The position numbers and the translations under genes were made by a program. The notes under the pieces are model-generated. The model searched no databases, had not been told where the DNA came from, and was given only the letters and a program-made list of their open reading frames with translations. This document shows, piece by piece, positions 17,340-27,736 of a stretch of DNA of 64,000 nt (its first letter is position 1; each line of letters opens with the position of its first letter). Source of the stretch: an uncultured Sphingopyxis sp. Lineage in GTDB: Bacteria; Pseudomonadota; Alphaproteobacteria; Sphingomonadales; Sphingomonadaceae. The stretch spans positions 2,496-66,495 of the forward strand of contig CBINGC010000015.1 in NCBI GenBank assembly GCA_966250105.1, given 5' to 3'.

Positions 17340-18797
17340 ATGCTGACGACCCATCCTTTCGACGACGACAAGCTCCGCGAGGAGTGCGGCGTATTTGGTA
17401 TTCATGGCGCCGACAGCGCCGCGGCGGTTGTCGCGCTGGGCCTTCACGCCCTGCAACACCGCGGACAGGAAGCCGCGGGCATCACCGCCTTTGACGGCAA
17501 GGATTTCCACACCCATCGCGCGATGGGCCATGTCGCGGGCAATTTCGACCGCGACGACATCATGCGCCAGCTCGCCGGCAATTCGGCGGCCGGCCATGTC
17601 CGCTATTCGACGACGGGCGAGACCGCGCTGCGCAACGTGCAGCCGCTGTTCGCCGACCTGTCGACGGGCGGTTTCGCGGTGGCGCACAACGGCAATATCT
17701 CCAATGCGGCGGCGCTGAAGAAGGTGCTCGTCCGCCGCGGTTCGATCTTTCAATCGACCAGCGATACCGAGGTGATCATTCACCTTGTCGCCACGTCGAA
17801 CTATCGTTCGCTGCTCGACCGCTTCATCGACGCGCTGAAGCAGGTCGAGGGCGCCTATTCGCTGATCTGCCTGACCGCCGAAGGCATGATCGGCTGCCGC
17901 GATCCGCTCGGTATCCGCCCGCTCGTGATCGGCAAGCTCGGCGAGGCACATATCCTCGCGTCCGAAACGGTGGCGCTCGACGTCGTCGGCGCCGAATTCG
18001 TGCGTTCGGTCGAGCCGGGCGAGCTCGTCATCGTTCGCGATGGCCAGCTCACCTCGCACCGCCCTTTCGCCGAGCAATCGGCGCGGCCGTGCATCTTCGA
18101 ATATGTCTATTTCTCGCGCCCCGATTCGATCGTCGACGGGACGAGCGTCTATTCGGTGCGCAAGGCGATCGGCGCCGAACTCGCGCGCGAAAATCCGGTC
18201 GATGCCGATCTTGTCATCCCTGTCCCCGATTCGGGCACGCCCGCGGCGATCGGCTATGCGCAGGAATCGGGCATTCCGTTCGAACTCGGCATCATCCGTT
18301 CGCACTATGTCGGGCGCACCTTCATCCAGCCGGGCGACAAGGTCCGCCACCTGGGCGTCAAACTGAAGCACAACGCCAACCGCGCACTGATCGCGGGCAA
18401 GCGCATCGTGCTCATCGACGATTCGATCGTGCGCGGGACGACCAGCCTCAAAATCGTGCAGATGATGCGCGATGCCGGCGCCGCCGAAGTGCATATGCGG
18501 ATCGCGAGCCCGCCGACCCAGCACAGCTGCTTTTACGGCGTCGACACGCCGGAACGGGCAAAATTGCTCGCGGCGCAGATGACGGTCGGCCAGATGGCGA
18601 ATTTCATCAACGCCGACAGCCTTTCCTTCCTGACGATCGACGGTCTTTATCGCGCGCTGGGCGAAGCCGATCGCAAGCAAGACGCCCCGCAATATTGCGA
18701 CGCCTGCTTCACCGGCGACTATCCGACCACGCTGACCGATTTCGACGAGCATGGACTGGAAGATCAATTTTCGCTGCTTGCCGAACGGGTTGTCTGA
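17340..18797 (+). CDS. purF: Amidophosphoribosyltransferase
   Basis: Propeptide followed by the catalytic CGVFGIHG, a PRPP-binding motif ([12 protein letters not shown]) and C-terminal Cys ligands. The start is the ATG at 17340 ([16 protein letters not shown]). Confidence 0.93.
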   Translation: MLTTHPFDDDKLREECGVFGIHGADSAAAVVALGLHALQHRGQEAAGITAFDGKDFHTHRAMGHVAGNFDRDDIMRQLAGNSAAGHVRYSTTGETALRNVQPLFADLSTGGFAVAHNGNISNAAALKKVLVRRGSIFQSTSDTEVIIHLVATSNYRSLLDRFIDALKQVEGAYSLICLTAEGMIGCRDPLGIRPLVIGKLGEAHILASETVALDVVGAEFVRSVEPGELVIVRDGQLTSHRPFAEQSARPCIFEYVYFSRPDSIVDGTSVYSVRKAIGAELARENPVDADLVIPVPDSGTPAAIGYAQESGIPFELGIIRSHYVGRTFIQPGDKVRHLGVKLKHNANRALIAGKRIVLIDDSIVRGTTSLKIVQMMRDAGAAEVHMRIASPPTQHSCFYGVDTPERAKLLAAQMTVGQMANFINADSLSFLTIDGLYRALGEADRKQDAPQYCDACFTGDYPTTLTDFDEHGLEDQFSLLAERVV

Positions 18798-18801
18798 CGC
18801 A

Positions 18802-19536
18802 ATGACTGTGACGTCTAAAGAATTGGCGGGCCAGGTTGCGCTCGTCACCGGGTCGAGCCGCGGCATCGGCGAAGCGATCGCCGAATCGCTTGCCGCACGC
18901 GGCGCGCATGTCGTGATCACCGCGCGCACGGCGGGCGGGCTCGAGGAACTCGAAGACCGCATCCACGAAGCCGGCGGCAGCGCGACGATCGCACCGCTCG
19001 ACCTCACCGATGGCGACAGCATCGCGCGCCTCGCCAGCGCAATCGCCGAACGCTGGCAGCAGCTCGACATGCTCGTGCTCAACGCCGCGATGCTCGGCAC
19101 GCTGACCCCCGTCGCCGCGATCGACGGCAAGGAATTCAACAAGCTGCTGACGCTCAACCTGATCGCGCAGCAGGCGCTGATCGCCAATTTCGACCCGCTG
19201 CTGCGCCGCGCCGCAAACGGCCGGCTGGTCGCACTGTCGAGCGGCGTCGCGCGCGAGCCGCGTGCTTATTGGGGCGCCTATGCGGCGTCGAAGGCAGCGT
19301 TCGAGACGCTCGTGACGAGCTATGGCGCCGAAATGCGCAACATTTCGACCGTGCGCACCGCGATCCTCGACCCCGGCGGCACGCGCACCCAGATGCGCGC
19401 GCGCGCCTATCCGGGCGAGGATCCGCAGAGCATCAAGGACCCAGCCGCGGTCGGCGAATTTGTCGCCGATCTGATGGTTGAGGGTTTCGACAGCACCGCG
19501 TTCCACGCGCTGCCCAAGGTCATGGAAAAAGCTTAA
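18802..19536 (+). CDS. Short-chain dehydrogenase/reductase (SDR) family oxidoreductase
   Basis: TGSSRGIG cofactor motif and YAASK catalytic motif. The start is the ATG at 18802 ([17 protein letters not shown]). Confidence 0.85.
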   Translation: MTVTSKELAGQVALVTGSSRGIGEAIAESLAARGAHVVITARTAGGLEELEDRIHEAGGSATIAPLDLTDGDSIARLASAIAERWQQLDMLVLNAAMLGTLTPVAAIDGKEFNKLLTLNLIAQQALIANFDPLLRRAANGRLVALSSGVAREPRAYWGAYAASKAAFETLVTSYGAEMRNISTVRTAILDPGGTRTQMRARAYPGEDPQSIKDPAAVGEFVADLMVEGFDSTAFHALPKVMEKA

Positions 19537-19599
19537 CGCCATCTTCGTTTTCCTGCGCTAAGACACTCGCATAAGAGGGTTTGCGAGGGCGCGGGAACA

Positions 19600-19986
19600 A
19601 TGACCAAGACATTTTTGCGATCGGCGATCGCCGCGATCATCGGCATCGTCGTCGCTTTCGGGCTGATCTGGCTGGCGCAATATGCCGGCAGCGAAATTTC
19701 CCCCGATGTTTACGACCCCAATAGCGGCGAAATCCTGATCCCCGTGGGATCGACGATCGCACTGATCGTCGGCTGGTTCATCGGAACCTTCGCCGGCGGC
19801 TGGCTCGCGATGCGCGTGTCGGCGGGCAGCGGCCCAGGCTGGATCGTTGCTGGCGCTGTCATCGGCGCCGCGCTCTACCGCGCAGTCACCCTCGCCGACA
19901 GCTGGTGGATCATGGTGCTGGGCGTCGCTGTCCCGCTCGTGGCGGTGTGGCTGGCCCAGCGCGCGACGAATATGGCGGCTGAATAA
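19600..19986 (+). CDS. Hypothetical 128-aa integral membrane protein
   Basis: Four hydrophobic segments and host-like codon usage. I recognise no family. Confidence 0.55.
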   Translation: MTKTFLRSAIAAIIGIVVAFGLIWLAQYAGSEISPDVYDPNSGEILIPVGSTIALIVGWFIGTFAGGWLAMRVSAGSGPGWIVAGAVIGAALYRAVTLADSWWIMVLGVAVPLVAVWLAQRATNMAAE

Positions 19987-19990
19987 AACT

Positions 19991-20129
19991 CGTCGCCCCC
20001 GTGAAGGCGGGGCCGCTGGCAACCTTGCGCTATGCCGATTGCGGCCAGTTAAGGGTTGGGCATGCCCCGGCATGTCCAAAGGGTTGTCCGGGGGACAACC
20101 CGACCCTTCACTCCTTCGCGGGGGCGACG
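19991..20129. repeat. ~140-bp MITE/REP-like element (family B) with 17-nt terminal inverted repeats and an internal palindrome
   Basis: Left arm CGTCGCCCCCGTGAAGG (19991..20007) and right arm CCTTCGCGGGGGCGACG (20113..20129) match 16/17 as reverse complements. An internal palindrome GGGTTGTCC-GGG-GGACAACCC lies at 20081..20101. The element sits between convergent genes. Confidence 0.6.
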
Positions 20130-20140
20130 TTCTGTTTGGC

Positions 20141-21325
20141 CTATTTGGCCTCCTTATCCACCGCCGCCTGCACGCTCTTGTAGAAGGCCTCACGCGCCGC
20201 ACCGACGCCTTCGGGATCGGTCGCGGTCGGCCAATTGCCGTTCGACGCGATCACCAGTTTGCGCTTGGGGTCGATGAAGATGCCCTGCCCGAAGATGCCC
20301 TGCGCGGCGAAGCTGCCGTCGTCGTTGGTCCACCATTGATAGCCATAGCCGCGACCCGGCACGTCGATCCCCGCCTGCTTCGTCGTCGCCGCTGCGAGCC
20401 AGTCGTCGGGCAGCACCTTCTTACCACCCGCGACGCCCCCATTCAGGATGAACTGACCGAAACGCGCATAGTCCTTGAGGCTAGCCGACATGCAGCAGCC
20501 GCTGATCTCATGCCCCGTCGCGCCGAGCATCCACACCGCGTCCTGCTCCATGCCGAACGGCTGCCAGATCTTCTCGGACAGATATTGCGAGAGCGTCTTG
20601 CCGGTCGCGCTCGACACGAGCACGCCGATCAAATTGGTCTCGCCGGTCTTGTACACCCACTTCGACCCTGCCGGCGCTTCGCGCGGCAAGGTCTTCATAT
20701 AGCTGACCGTTATGTCCTCGCCCGCGACGGGCTTCTGCAGGTTGAACAGCGCGACGTCGGACTTGGGATCGGTATAATCCTCGTTCCATTTGACGCCCGA
20801 TGTCATCGTCAGCAACTGCTTTACCGAGACATCGTCATAGGCCGAACCCTTGAGCCCCGGGATATAGGCGGTGACCTTGTCGTCGAGGCTCTTGATATAG
20901 CCGTCCTTCACCGCCGCGCCGACGAGGGTCGAGGTGAAGCTCTTCGCGACCGAAAAACTTGTCCAACGCCCCGCCGCGCCATAACCGAGCGCATATTTCT
21001 CGAGGCGGACCTTGCCGTCCTGCACGATGATCAGCCCCGCGTTGCGTTGCTTGGCCATATAGGCATCGACATCGGCGCCGAGGTCGAGCGGTTCGCCCTG
21101 CGGCAGCGGATAGACGGGTCCGCCCGCCTTCACCGTGTTCACGACCACCTTCGGAACCGTCTCCATCGTGCGGAAGGCGGCGTCGCGTTGATCCTGGGTC
21201 CAGAACAGCACATTCAAATCCTTTGGCAGATCTTTCGACAGTTGGTCGGTGGTTTGCGTTGTCGCGGGCGCGCTGCATGCCGCCGCCGCGGTGCCGAGCA
21301 GCACCGCCGCCAAAAATCTTCGCAT
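20141..21325 (-). CDS. Serine hydrolase, beta-lactamase/PBP4*-like (class C fold), lipoprotein
   Basis: SxxK motif (SVAKS) and the YGYQWW region. The start is the ATG at 21325 (MRRFLAAVLLGTAAAAC). Confidence 0.85.
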   Translation of the reverse strand: MRRFLAAVLLGTAAAACSAPATTQTTDQLSKDLPKDLNVLFWTQDQRDAAFRTMETVPKVVVNTVKAGGPVYPLPQGEPLDLGADVDAYMAKQRNAGLIIVQDGKVRLEKYALGYGAAGRWTSFSVAKSFTSTLVGAAVKDGYIKSLDDKVTAYIPGLKGSAYDDVSVKQLLTMTSGVKWNEDYTDPKSDVALFNLQKPVAGEDITVSYMKTLPREAPAGSKWVYKTGETNLIGVLVSSATGKTLSQYLSEKIWQPFGMEQDAVWMLGATGHEISGCCMSASLKDYARFGQFILNGGVAGGKKVLPDDWLAAATTKQAGIDVPGRGYGYQWWTNDDGSFAAQGIFGQGIFIDPKRKLVIASNGNWPTATDPEGVGAAREAFYKSVQAAVDKEAK

Positions 21326-21344
21326 ATGATGTCCTCCCCTGTTT

Positions 21345-22625
21345 TCAGGCTGTCTTTTCAAGCGTGACTTGCGCGACGTCGATCCCGCCGCCGCGAAAGC
21401 CGCCCTCGCAATATTGCAGATAATAGCGCCAGAGCCGGATGAAGCGCTCGTCGAACCCTGCCGGGAGCTGGTCGGCGGCCACCGCCGCGTCGAAGCGTTC
21501 GCGCCACTGGCGCAACGTCTCGGCATAGTCGCCGCCAAACCGGCGCACGTCGCGCCAAGCGAGCCCGCGCGCCTCGGCGAGCGCGCGAAAGCGGCTTTCC
21601 GAAATCAGGCAGCCGCCGGGAAAGATATAGGCCTGGATGAAATCGCTGCTCGCCGCATAGCGTTCGAACAGCGCATCGTTGATCAAGATGTACTGGATCG
21701 CCGCCTTGCCGCCGGGGCGCAGCAACCGTGCGATCGCGTCGAGATAGGCCGGCCAATAGGCCTCTCCGACCGCCTCGACCATCTCGACGCTGGCGATCGC
21801 GTCATAGGGGCCCTGCGCGTCGCGATAATCGCACAGCTCGATCCGCGAACGTCCCGACAGGTCGACCGCGTGAAGCCGCGCGTCGGCGATTTCGGCCTGC
21901 GCCGGCGACAGCGTGATCCCCGTGTAAAGCACGTCATGCCGCTCGACCGCGCGCTCGGCGAGCGCCCCCCAGCCGCAGCCGATTTCGAGCAGCCGGCTCC
22001 CCGAACGCAGGTCGAGCCGGTCGAGGATCGCGTCGACCTTTGCCGCCTGCGCATCCTCGAGCGACTGGCGGGGATCGGCAAACAACGCACTCGAATAATT
22101 CATGGCATCATCGAGCCATAAGCGATAGAAATCATTGCCCAAATCATAGTGGGCGTGGATGTTACGCTTGGCTCCGCGGCGGTCGTTGCGGTTCAGCGCA
22201 TGGATTGCGCGGTTCAGCCAGCGCCACGGCCCCCGCGCTCGCCCTGCCTTGCCCAAGGCCTCACCATTGCGCATGAACAGGTCGAACAGTGGCACCGGAT
22301 CGGGCGACGACCATTCGCGCGCTTCCCAAGCGCGATACCAGCCGACCGACCCCGACAGTGCGAGGCGCGCGAGCGCCGCCCAGCTGTTAAGGTGGACGAC
22401 CGCGACCGGCCCCTTCCCGCGCCCGCCGAGCAGGCGGACGCTACCATCGGGCAGATGGCCCTCGATCGTGCCCTGCGCCAATCCCGCGTCGATCCGGTCG
22501 AGCATGCGATGGAAAAGGCGCGCGGGCGCCAGCGCGATCAGCCGTGCCATGCCGCCGCCCGCGCGATAGGCGCGATCGGCGCGGAGCAGTTCCTTACCGC
22601 GGCGCGGGCTGACATGCGTGTTCAT
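21345..22625 (-). CDS. cfa: Cyclopropane-fatty-acyl-phospholipid synthase family SAM methyltransferase
   Basis: NIHAHYDLGNDFYRLWLDDAMNYSSALF...LLEIGCGWGALAERAV...QYCEGGFRGGGIDVAQVTLEK. Confidence 0.88.
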   Translation of the reverse strand: MNTHVSPRRGKELLRADRAYRAGGGMARLIALAPARLFHRMLDRIDAGLAQGTIEGHLPDGSVRLLGGRGKGPVAVVHLNSWAALARLALSGSVGWYRAWEAREWSSPDPVPLFDLFMRNGEALGKAGRARGPWRWLNRAIHALNRNDRRGAKRNIHAHYDLGNDFYRLWLDDAMNYSSALFADPRQSLEDAQAAKVDAILDRLDLRSGSRLLEIGCGWGALAERAVERHDVLYTGITLSPAQAEIADARLHAVDLSGRSRIELCDYRDAQGPYDAIASVEMVEAVGEAYWPAYLDAIARLLRPGGKAAIQYILINDALFERYAASSDFIQAYIFPGGCLISESRFRALAEARGLAWRDVRRFGGDYAETLRQWRERFDAAVAADQLPAGFDERFIRLWRYYLQYCEGGFRGGGIDVAQVTLEKTA

Positions 22626-22702
22626 TGCCCCCTTCCTGCCTCAAACGCACCGCGCTGACAATCGATTGAAACGCGCGCCGCCATGACGTCACGCGCCCGC
22701 AC

Positions 22703-23656
22703 TCATTCGGGATGGCTCGCGGTATCGGGCGCGGTCAGGCGCACCTGAAAACGCTCCTGCGCGAGCGGATGCATGAAACGCTGATCGCGTAGCAGGATCG
22801 CGTCGCCATCGCGCTCCGCCACGGGCATCCGCGACCAGAACAGGAAAGCGCGCGCCGCGGGATTGGCTTTCGTCCAGCTTCCGATCCGGGGATCGTCCAT
22901 GCCCGTGGGACTGCCGGTCAAATCGACGTTGCCGCCCAGGCCGGGCACGAAACTCGCGGTGCCGTAGCGATCGTCCGTGCGCCAGAAGACGTCACGTTTC
23001 CAGAATGCCAGCGGCGGCGGGCTCGCCACGACGAGCGCGTCTTTCCGTCCGCCCGCATCGAGCGCAATCAATGCCATGCGCTCGGCGGCGCCTGTGATCA
23101 GGCCATTGACGAAGACATAGGCGCATACGCCCGCGAAACCGATCCATGCCGGCCGCTGCCAGCGCGCCGCGGCGCGCCGCTCCCGGCGGAGCGAGAGCCA
23201 GATCGACACGCCGAGCGCGATCCATATCCACAAATCGATGATGAAAATGCTGTCGCCATAGAACCAGCGAGGACTGAACGGTTCGAGCAGGCGGATCCCG
23301 TAATTGTTGAGCCAATCGAGCGCCGGATGACTGAGACAGCCGATATAGGCGAGCGCGAGCAGCCAGCTCTTATGAACCGGCAACCGCCCCGCCGGCCTTT
23401 TGCCGCGCCGCTCCTGCCAGCGATCGAATCCGAGCATCAGCGCCCATAGCAGGATCGGCAGCAGGATGAGCGCGATCGGCCCGTGCGTGATCCCGCGTCG
23501 CATCGAGAGCGATTCGATGCCATAAATTGCGCAGGTCGCGTCGATATCGGGCAGGTTCGCCGCGATGATCAGCGTCGGCATCGCGAGCCCGGTCTTCTTC
23601 TTGAGCCCCATCTGCCCAAGCAGCGCGCCAACAAGGCTGTGCGTCAGATTATCCAT
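22703..23656 (-). CDS. YdjM-like membrane-bound metal-dependent hydrolase
   Basis: MDNLTHSLVGALLGQMGLKKKTG...ANLPDIDA N-terminus typical of the YdjM family, with multiple TM segments. Confidence 0.75.
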   Translation of the reverse strand: MDNLTHSLVGALLGQMGLKKKTGLAMPTLIIAANLPDIDATCAIYGIESLSMRRGITHGPIALILLPILLWALMLGFDRWQERRGKRPAGRLPVHKSWLLALAYIGCLSHPALDWLNNYGIRLLEPFSPRWFYGDSIFIIDLWIWIALGVSIWLSLRRERRAAARWQRPAWIGFAGVCAYVFVNGLITGAAERMALIALDAGGRKDALVVASPPPLAFWKRDVFWRTDDRYGTASFVPGLGGNVDLTGSPTGMDDPRIGSWTKANPAARAFLFWSRMPVAERDGDAILLRDQRFMHPLAQERFQVRLTAPDTASHPE

Positions 23657-23668
23657 GGCGGCGAAAGA

Positions 23669-24706
23669 TCAGAGCTCAGGCCCGCTTTCCGTCACCGTCC
23701 AGGTCTGTCCCTTCTTGAGTAGGCCTTGGAGATCAGCCTTCTTGCCCTCGGCCGCCGCCTTGTTCTGACGAACGACATCGGCCTCGAACGTCGGGCGCGG
23801 ATCGTCGTAAAGGACGCCGAGCGCCATCGGGAATTCGCCGAAACGCATCTCGACGAGCATGTGCGCGACGCTGCGGTTGGTGACGTCATGGACGATCACG
23901 CCCGCCGCCTGCCAGTCGCCATCGACGACATCGACGGTCTTGAGGTGCAGCGCCCCGGCGTCGAGCGCGATGCCCCTGGTGCCCTTGGCATAAAGCATCG
24001 GTTCGCCCTGCTTGAGCCAGAGCTGCCGGTCCTCGGCGCCCTTCGGCGCAGCGAAATCCTCGAACACGTCTTTGTTATAGACGATACAGTTCTGAAAAAT
24101 TTCGATAAATGCCGCACCCTTGTGCGCATGTGCCGCCTTCAGCACGTTCGGCAGTTCCTTCGACACGTCGAACCCGCGCGCGACGAAGCGCGCGCCCGCG
24201 CCCAATGCGAAGGCCGCGGGCTGCGCGGGGCGGTCGACCGAACCATAGGGCGTGGACGGGCTCGTCGTCCCGACACGGCTGGTGGGCGAATATTGCCCCT
24301 TTGTCAGGCCATAGATCTCGTTGTTGAAGAGCATGATCTGGCAATCGAGATTGCGGCGGATCAGATGCATCGTGTGGTTGCCGCCGATCGACAGCCCGTC
24401 GCCATCGCCGGTGACGATCCAGATATCGAGTTCGGGGTTGGCGAGCTTCAGCCCCGTCGCGAACGCCGGGGCACGGCCGTGGATCGTATGAAAGCCATAG
24501 GTTTCCATATAATAGGGAAAGCGCGACGAGCAGCCGATGCCGCTGATGAACACCGTATTTTCGGGCGCGGTGCCGATCTCGGGCATCGTGCGCTGCACCG
24601 CCTTCAGGATCGCATAATCGCCACAGCCGGGGCACCAGCGGACTTCCTGATCGGTTTCCCAATCTTTCAGCGTCGTCGTCCGCGCGATGGTCGTCATCTC
24701 GTTCAT
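23669..24706 (-). CDS. korB: 2-oxoglutarate:ferredoxin oxidoreductase beta subunit
   Basis: WCPGCGDYAILKAVQRTM...GIGCSSRFPYYM...GDGDGLSIGGNH is the TPP-binding OFOR beta signature. Confidence 0.9.
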   Translation of the reverse strand: MNEMTTIARTTTLKDWETDQEVRWCPGCGDYAILKAVQRTMPEIGTAPENTVFISGIGCSSRFPYYMETYGFHTIHGRAPAFATGLKLANPELDIWIVTGDGDGLSIGGNHTMHLIRRNLDCQIMLFNNEIYGLTKGQYSPTSRVGTTSPSTPYGSVDRPAQPAAFALGAGARFVARGFDVSKELPNVLKAAHAHKGAAFIEIFQNCIVYNKDVFEDFAAPKGAEDRQLWLKQGEPMLYAKGTRGIALDAGALHLKTVDVVDGDWQAAGVIVHDVTNRSVAHMLVEMRFGEFPMALGVLYDDPRPTFEADVVRQNKAAAEGKKADLQGLLKKGQTWTVTESGPEL

Positions 24707-24738
24707 TGCATATCCTCTCGGGGCAACACGCTTCCGCG

Positions 24739-26604
24739 TCAGCCCAGTGCCTCCTCGATGGCGGCTTCGATTTCGGCGATGGTGAAGGGCTGGCCCGACA
24801 CCTTGTTCACCGGCTTCGCATCGACCAGATATTGGTCGCGCAGCACCGTCTTCAATTGCCCCGTATTCATTTCGGGCACGATCACCCGGTTATAGCTCTT
24901 CAAAAGCTCGCCGAGGTTCGCAGGCAGCGGCCAGATATGGCGAATATGGACATGGCTGACGTCTTGGCCCTCGGCGCGCTTGCGGCGCACCGCCTGATGG
25001 ATCGGGCCGAAGGTCGATCCCCAGCCGACGACCGCGAGCTTGCCGCCCTCGGCGCCGAGTTCGACGACCTGATCGGGCACCTTGATGCCGTCGATCTTGG
25101 CCTTGCGGATGTCGGTCATCGCCTGGTGATTGCCCGGCGCGTAATTGATGTGGCCGGTATCGAGTTCCTTTTCGATCCCGCCGATGCGGTGGAGCAGCTC
25201 CGGCGTGCCCGGCTTGACCCATGGACGCGCGAGCTTTTCGTCGCGGCCATAGGGCTTGAAACCGCCCTCGGGCACCTCCGTCAGGAACTCGACCGGGAAT
25301 GCCTCATAGGTCGTAAGGTCGGGCACCGCCCATGGCTCGGCGGCGTTGGCGATATAGCCATCGGTGAGCAGCATCACCGGGGTCATATATTGCACCGCGA
25401 TGCGCACCGCCTCGATCGCGCATTCGAACGCGTCGCCGGGCGAACGCGCGGCGACGACGGGCATCGGCGCGTCGCCGTTGCGGCCATAGACAGCCTGATA
25501 CAGATCCGACTGCTCGGTCTTGGTCGGCAGGCCCGTCGACGGCCCGCCGCGCTGCGAATTGACGATGACGAGCGGCAGCTCGGTCATGATCGCGAGCCCC
25601 ATCGCCTCGCCCTTCAGTGCGATGCCCGGGCCCGACGACGAGGTCACGCCAAGCGAGCCGCCATAGCTCGCTCCGATCGCCGAACAGATCGCCGCGATCT
25701 CGTCCTCGGCCTGAAAAGTCGTGACGTCATATTCCTTGAGCCGCGACAGATGATGGAGGATCGCTGAGGCTGGCGTGATCGGGTAGCCGCCGAAGAACAT
25801 CGGAAGCTTGGCCAGCTGCGCCCCCGCGACGAGCCCGAGCGCAATGCCCTCGGCGCCCGTCAGCGTGCGATAGAGGCCCGGCGCCGCCGGCGCGGGATCG
25901 ACATGATGCTGCTTGAGCGGCCCTGCCAGCTCGGCGGTCTCGCCATAGGCGTGCCCAGCGTTGAGCGCGGCGACGTTCGCCGCGGCCAGATCGGGCGCCT
26001 TCGCAAACTTGGCATTGAGCCAGTCGATCAGAGGCTGACGGTCGCGATCGAACATCCAGAGCGCAAGCCCCAGCGTCCACATATTCTTGCAGCGCAGGGC
26101 TTCCTTGTTGCCGAGCCCGAAGGGCTTCACCGCGTCCATCGTCAGCTGGCTGATATTGAGCTTCAGCAGCTGCCATTTGGCGAGGCTGCCGTCGTCGAGC
26201 GGGTTCGCCTCATATTTCGCCTTGGCGAGGTTGCGGTCGTTGAACTCGCCTTCATCGGCGATGATGAGCCCGCCCTGCTTCAACTGCGGCACATTGGTCT
26301 TGAGCGCCGCCGGGTTCATCGCGACCAGCACGTCGGGCGCATCCCCCGCGGTGTCGATGGCCGAAGACCCGAAATTGATCTGGAAGGCCGAGACGCCAAA
26401 GAGCGTGCCCTGCGGCGCGCGAATCTCGGCGGGAAAATCGGGGAAGGTCGCGAAATCATTGCCCGCGAGCGCCGAGGACAGGGTGAACTGGCCGCCGGTC
26501 AGCTGCATCCCGTCGCCGCTATCGCCGGCAAAGCGAACCACCACCGCATCCGAAAGGGGGGACTGGCGCTCGCCGTCGGCCCGGTCCTCTACCGCTGTCG
26601 CCAT
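24739..26604 (-). CDS. korA: 2-oxoglutarate:ferredoxin oxidoreductase alpha subunit (alpha/gamma fusion)
   Basis: VVVRFAGDSGDGMQLTGGQFT...GYPITPAS... The start is the ATG at 26604 (MATAVEDRADG). Confidence 0.9.
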   Translation of the reverse strand: MATAVEDRADGERQSPLSDAVVVRFAGDSGDGMQLTGGQFTLSSALAGNDFATFPDFPAEIRAPQGTLFGVSAFQINFGSSAIDTAGDAPDVLVAMNPAALKTNVPQLKQGGLIIADEGEFNDRNLAKAKYEANPLDDGSLAKWQLLKLNISQLTMDAVKPFGLGNKEALRCKNMWTLGLALWMFDRDRQPLIDWLNAKFAKAPDLAAANVAALNAGHAYGETAELAGPLKQHHVDPAPAAPGLYRTLTGAEGIALGLVAGAQLAKLPMFFGGYPITPASAILHHLSRLKEYDVTTFQAEDEIAAICSAIGASYGGSLGVTSSSGPGIALKGEAMGLAIMTELPLVIVNSQRGGPSTGLPTKTEQSDLYQAVYGRNGDAPMPVVAARSPGDAFECAIEAVRIAVQYMTPVMLLTDGYIANAAEPWAVPDLTTYEAFPVEFLTEVPEGGFKPYGRDEKLARPWVKPGTPELLHRIGGIEKELDTGHINYAPGNHQAMTDIRKAKIDGIKVPDQVVELGAEGGKLAVVGWGSTFGPIHQAVRRKRAEGQDVSHVHIRHIWPLPANLGELLKSYNRVIVPEMNTGQLKTVLRDQYLVDAKPVNKVSGQPFTIAEIEAAIEEALG

Positions 26605-26782
26605 TTTTTCCTCTGCCTCAAATCTTTTCAACCTGTGACATGGGCCTAGGCCTCTGCGTCTCAAGCCGCAATTGAGAAAAAATTGTGCGCCGCAAAGGGC
26701 GAAGCGCAGGTGAGTTTCATTTCGGGATTGAATTTACCCCGCCGATCCCGAATAGCATTGCGAAAATATCGATCAGGGAGAG

Positions 26783-27736
26783 ATGCGAATGACCGACGGC
26801 ACCACCCAGCAAGCACGCGCCGACGTGGCGGCTTTCCTCGCCTTCCTGAACGCGCAGGAAGGCCCGAAGATGGAGGACATGCCGCCCGAAGGCGCGCGCG
26901 AGATGTTCCGGGCTATGGGCCAGCTCGCCGATGTCCCGCGCGGCGAGATCGCGCATGTCGAGAATCGGACGATCCCGGGACCTGCCGGCGACATCGCCAT
27001 CCGCATCTACGACGATCGTCCGACCCGCGAAGCCGGCCCGGTGATGGTCTTCTATCATGGCGGCGGCTGGGTGATCGGCGACCTCGATACGCATGACCCC
27101 TATTGCGCCGAAGCCGCGCGCCTTCTCGACATGCCGGTGATCGCGGTCGACTATCGCCTGGCCCCCGAACACCCCTTCCCCGCCGCGCCGGAAGATTGCG
27201 AAGCCGCGACGCGCTGGGTCGCCGACAATATTCCGTGCACCGGGCTCGTCCTGTCGGGCGAAAGCGCCGGCGGCAATCTGACGATTGCTACCGCGCTGAC
27301 GCTGCGCGACAAGCCGGCGTCGAAACCGGTGATCGCGATCCATCCCATCTATCCCGCCGTGACCACGCACGACGACTGGCAAAGCTATCGCGATTTCGGC
27401 GAGGGCCATTTGCTGACGCAGGGCGGCATGACCTGGTTCGGCAATCATTACGCCGCCGACCCCGCCGACTATCGCGCATCGCCGCTCGATTTCCCGGCCG
27501 AAGGCCTGCCGCCGACGTTGCTGATCACCGCCGGCCTCGACCCGCTGCGCGATCAGGGGCGCGCCTATGCCGCGAAGCTGATCGGAGCCGGCGTGCCCAC
27601 GACCTACCGGGAGGCGAAGGGCAATATCCACGGCTATATCAACCTGTCGCAGGGCATCCCGAGCGCGCGCGAAGATATTCGCGGTGCATTGACGGTATTG
27701 AAGGCGATCGTCGCCGAAGCTAACGGGGCGCCATGA
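26783..27736 (+). CDS. Alpha/beta hydrolase, hormone-sensitive-lipase-type esterase
   Basis: HGGGW oxyanion motif and the GESAGG nucleophile elbow. Confidence 0.85.
   Translation: MRMTDGTTQQARADVAAFLAFLNAQEGPKMEDMPPEGAREMFRAMGQLADVPRGEIAHVENRTIPGPAGDIAIRIYDDRPTREAGPVMVFYHGGGWVIGDLDTHDPYCAEAARLLDMPVIAVDYRLAPEHPFPAAPEDCEAATRWVADNIPCTGLVLSGESAGGNLTIATALTLRDKPASKPVIAIHPIYPAVTTHDDWQSYRDFGEGHLLTQGGMTWFGNHYAADPADYRASPLDFPAEGLPPTLLITAGLDPLRDQGRAYAAKLIGAGVPTTYREAKGNIHGYINLSQGIPSAREDIRGALTVLKAIVAEANGAP

Noticed and set aside
17184-19187. The upstream ~670 codons of the 794-aa minus-strand ORF 16803..19187.
   Set aside because: Only the last 126 codons (hisI, 16803..17183) look like a real protein. 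The rest is antisense to purF and the SDR gene and is Arg/Ala-rich nonsense.
26605-26782. The korA/esterase divergent intergenic region, examined for FNR/FixK-type boxes (TTGAT-N4-ATCAA) because korAB is oxygen-sensitive.
   Set aside because: Only loose resemblances were present (for example TTGAGAAAAAATTG), with no convincing dyad.
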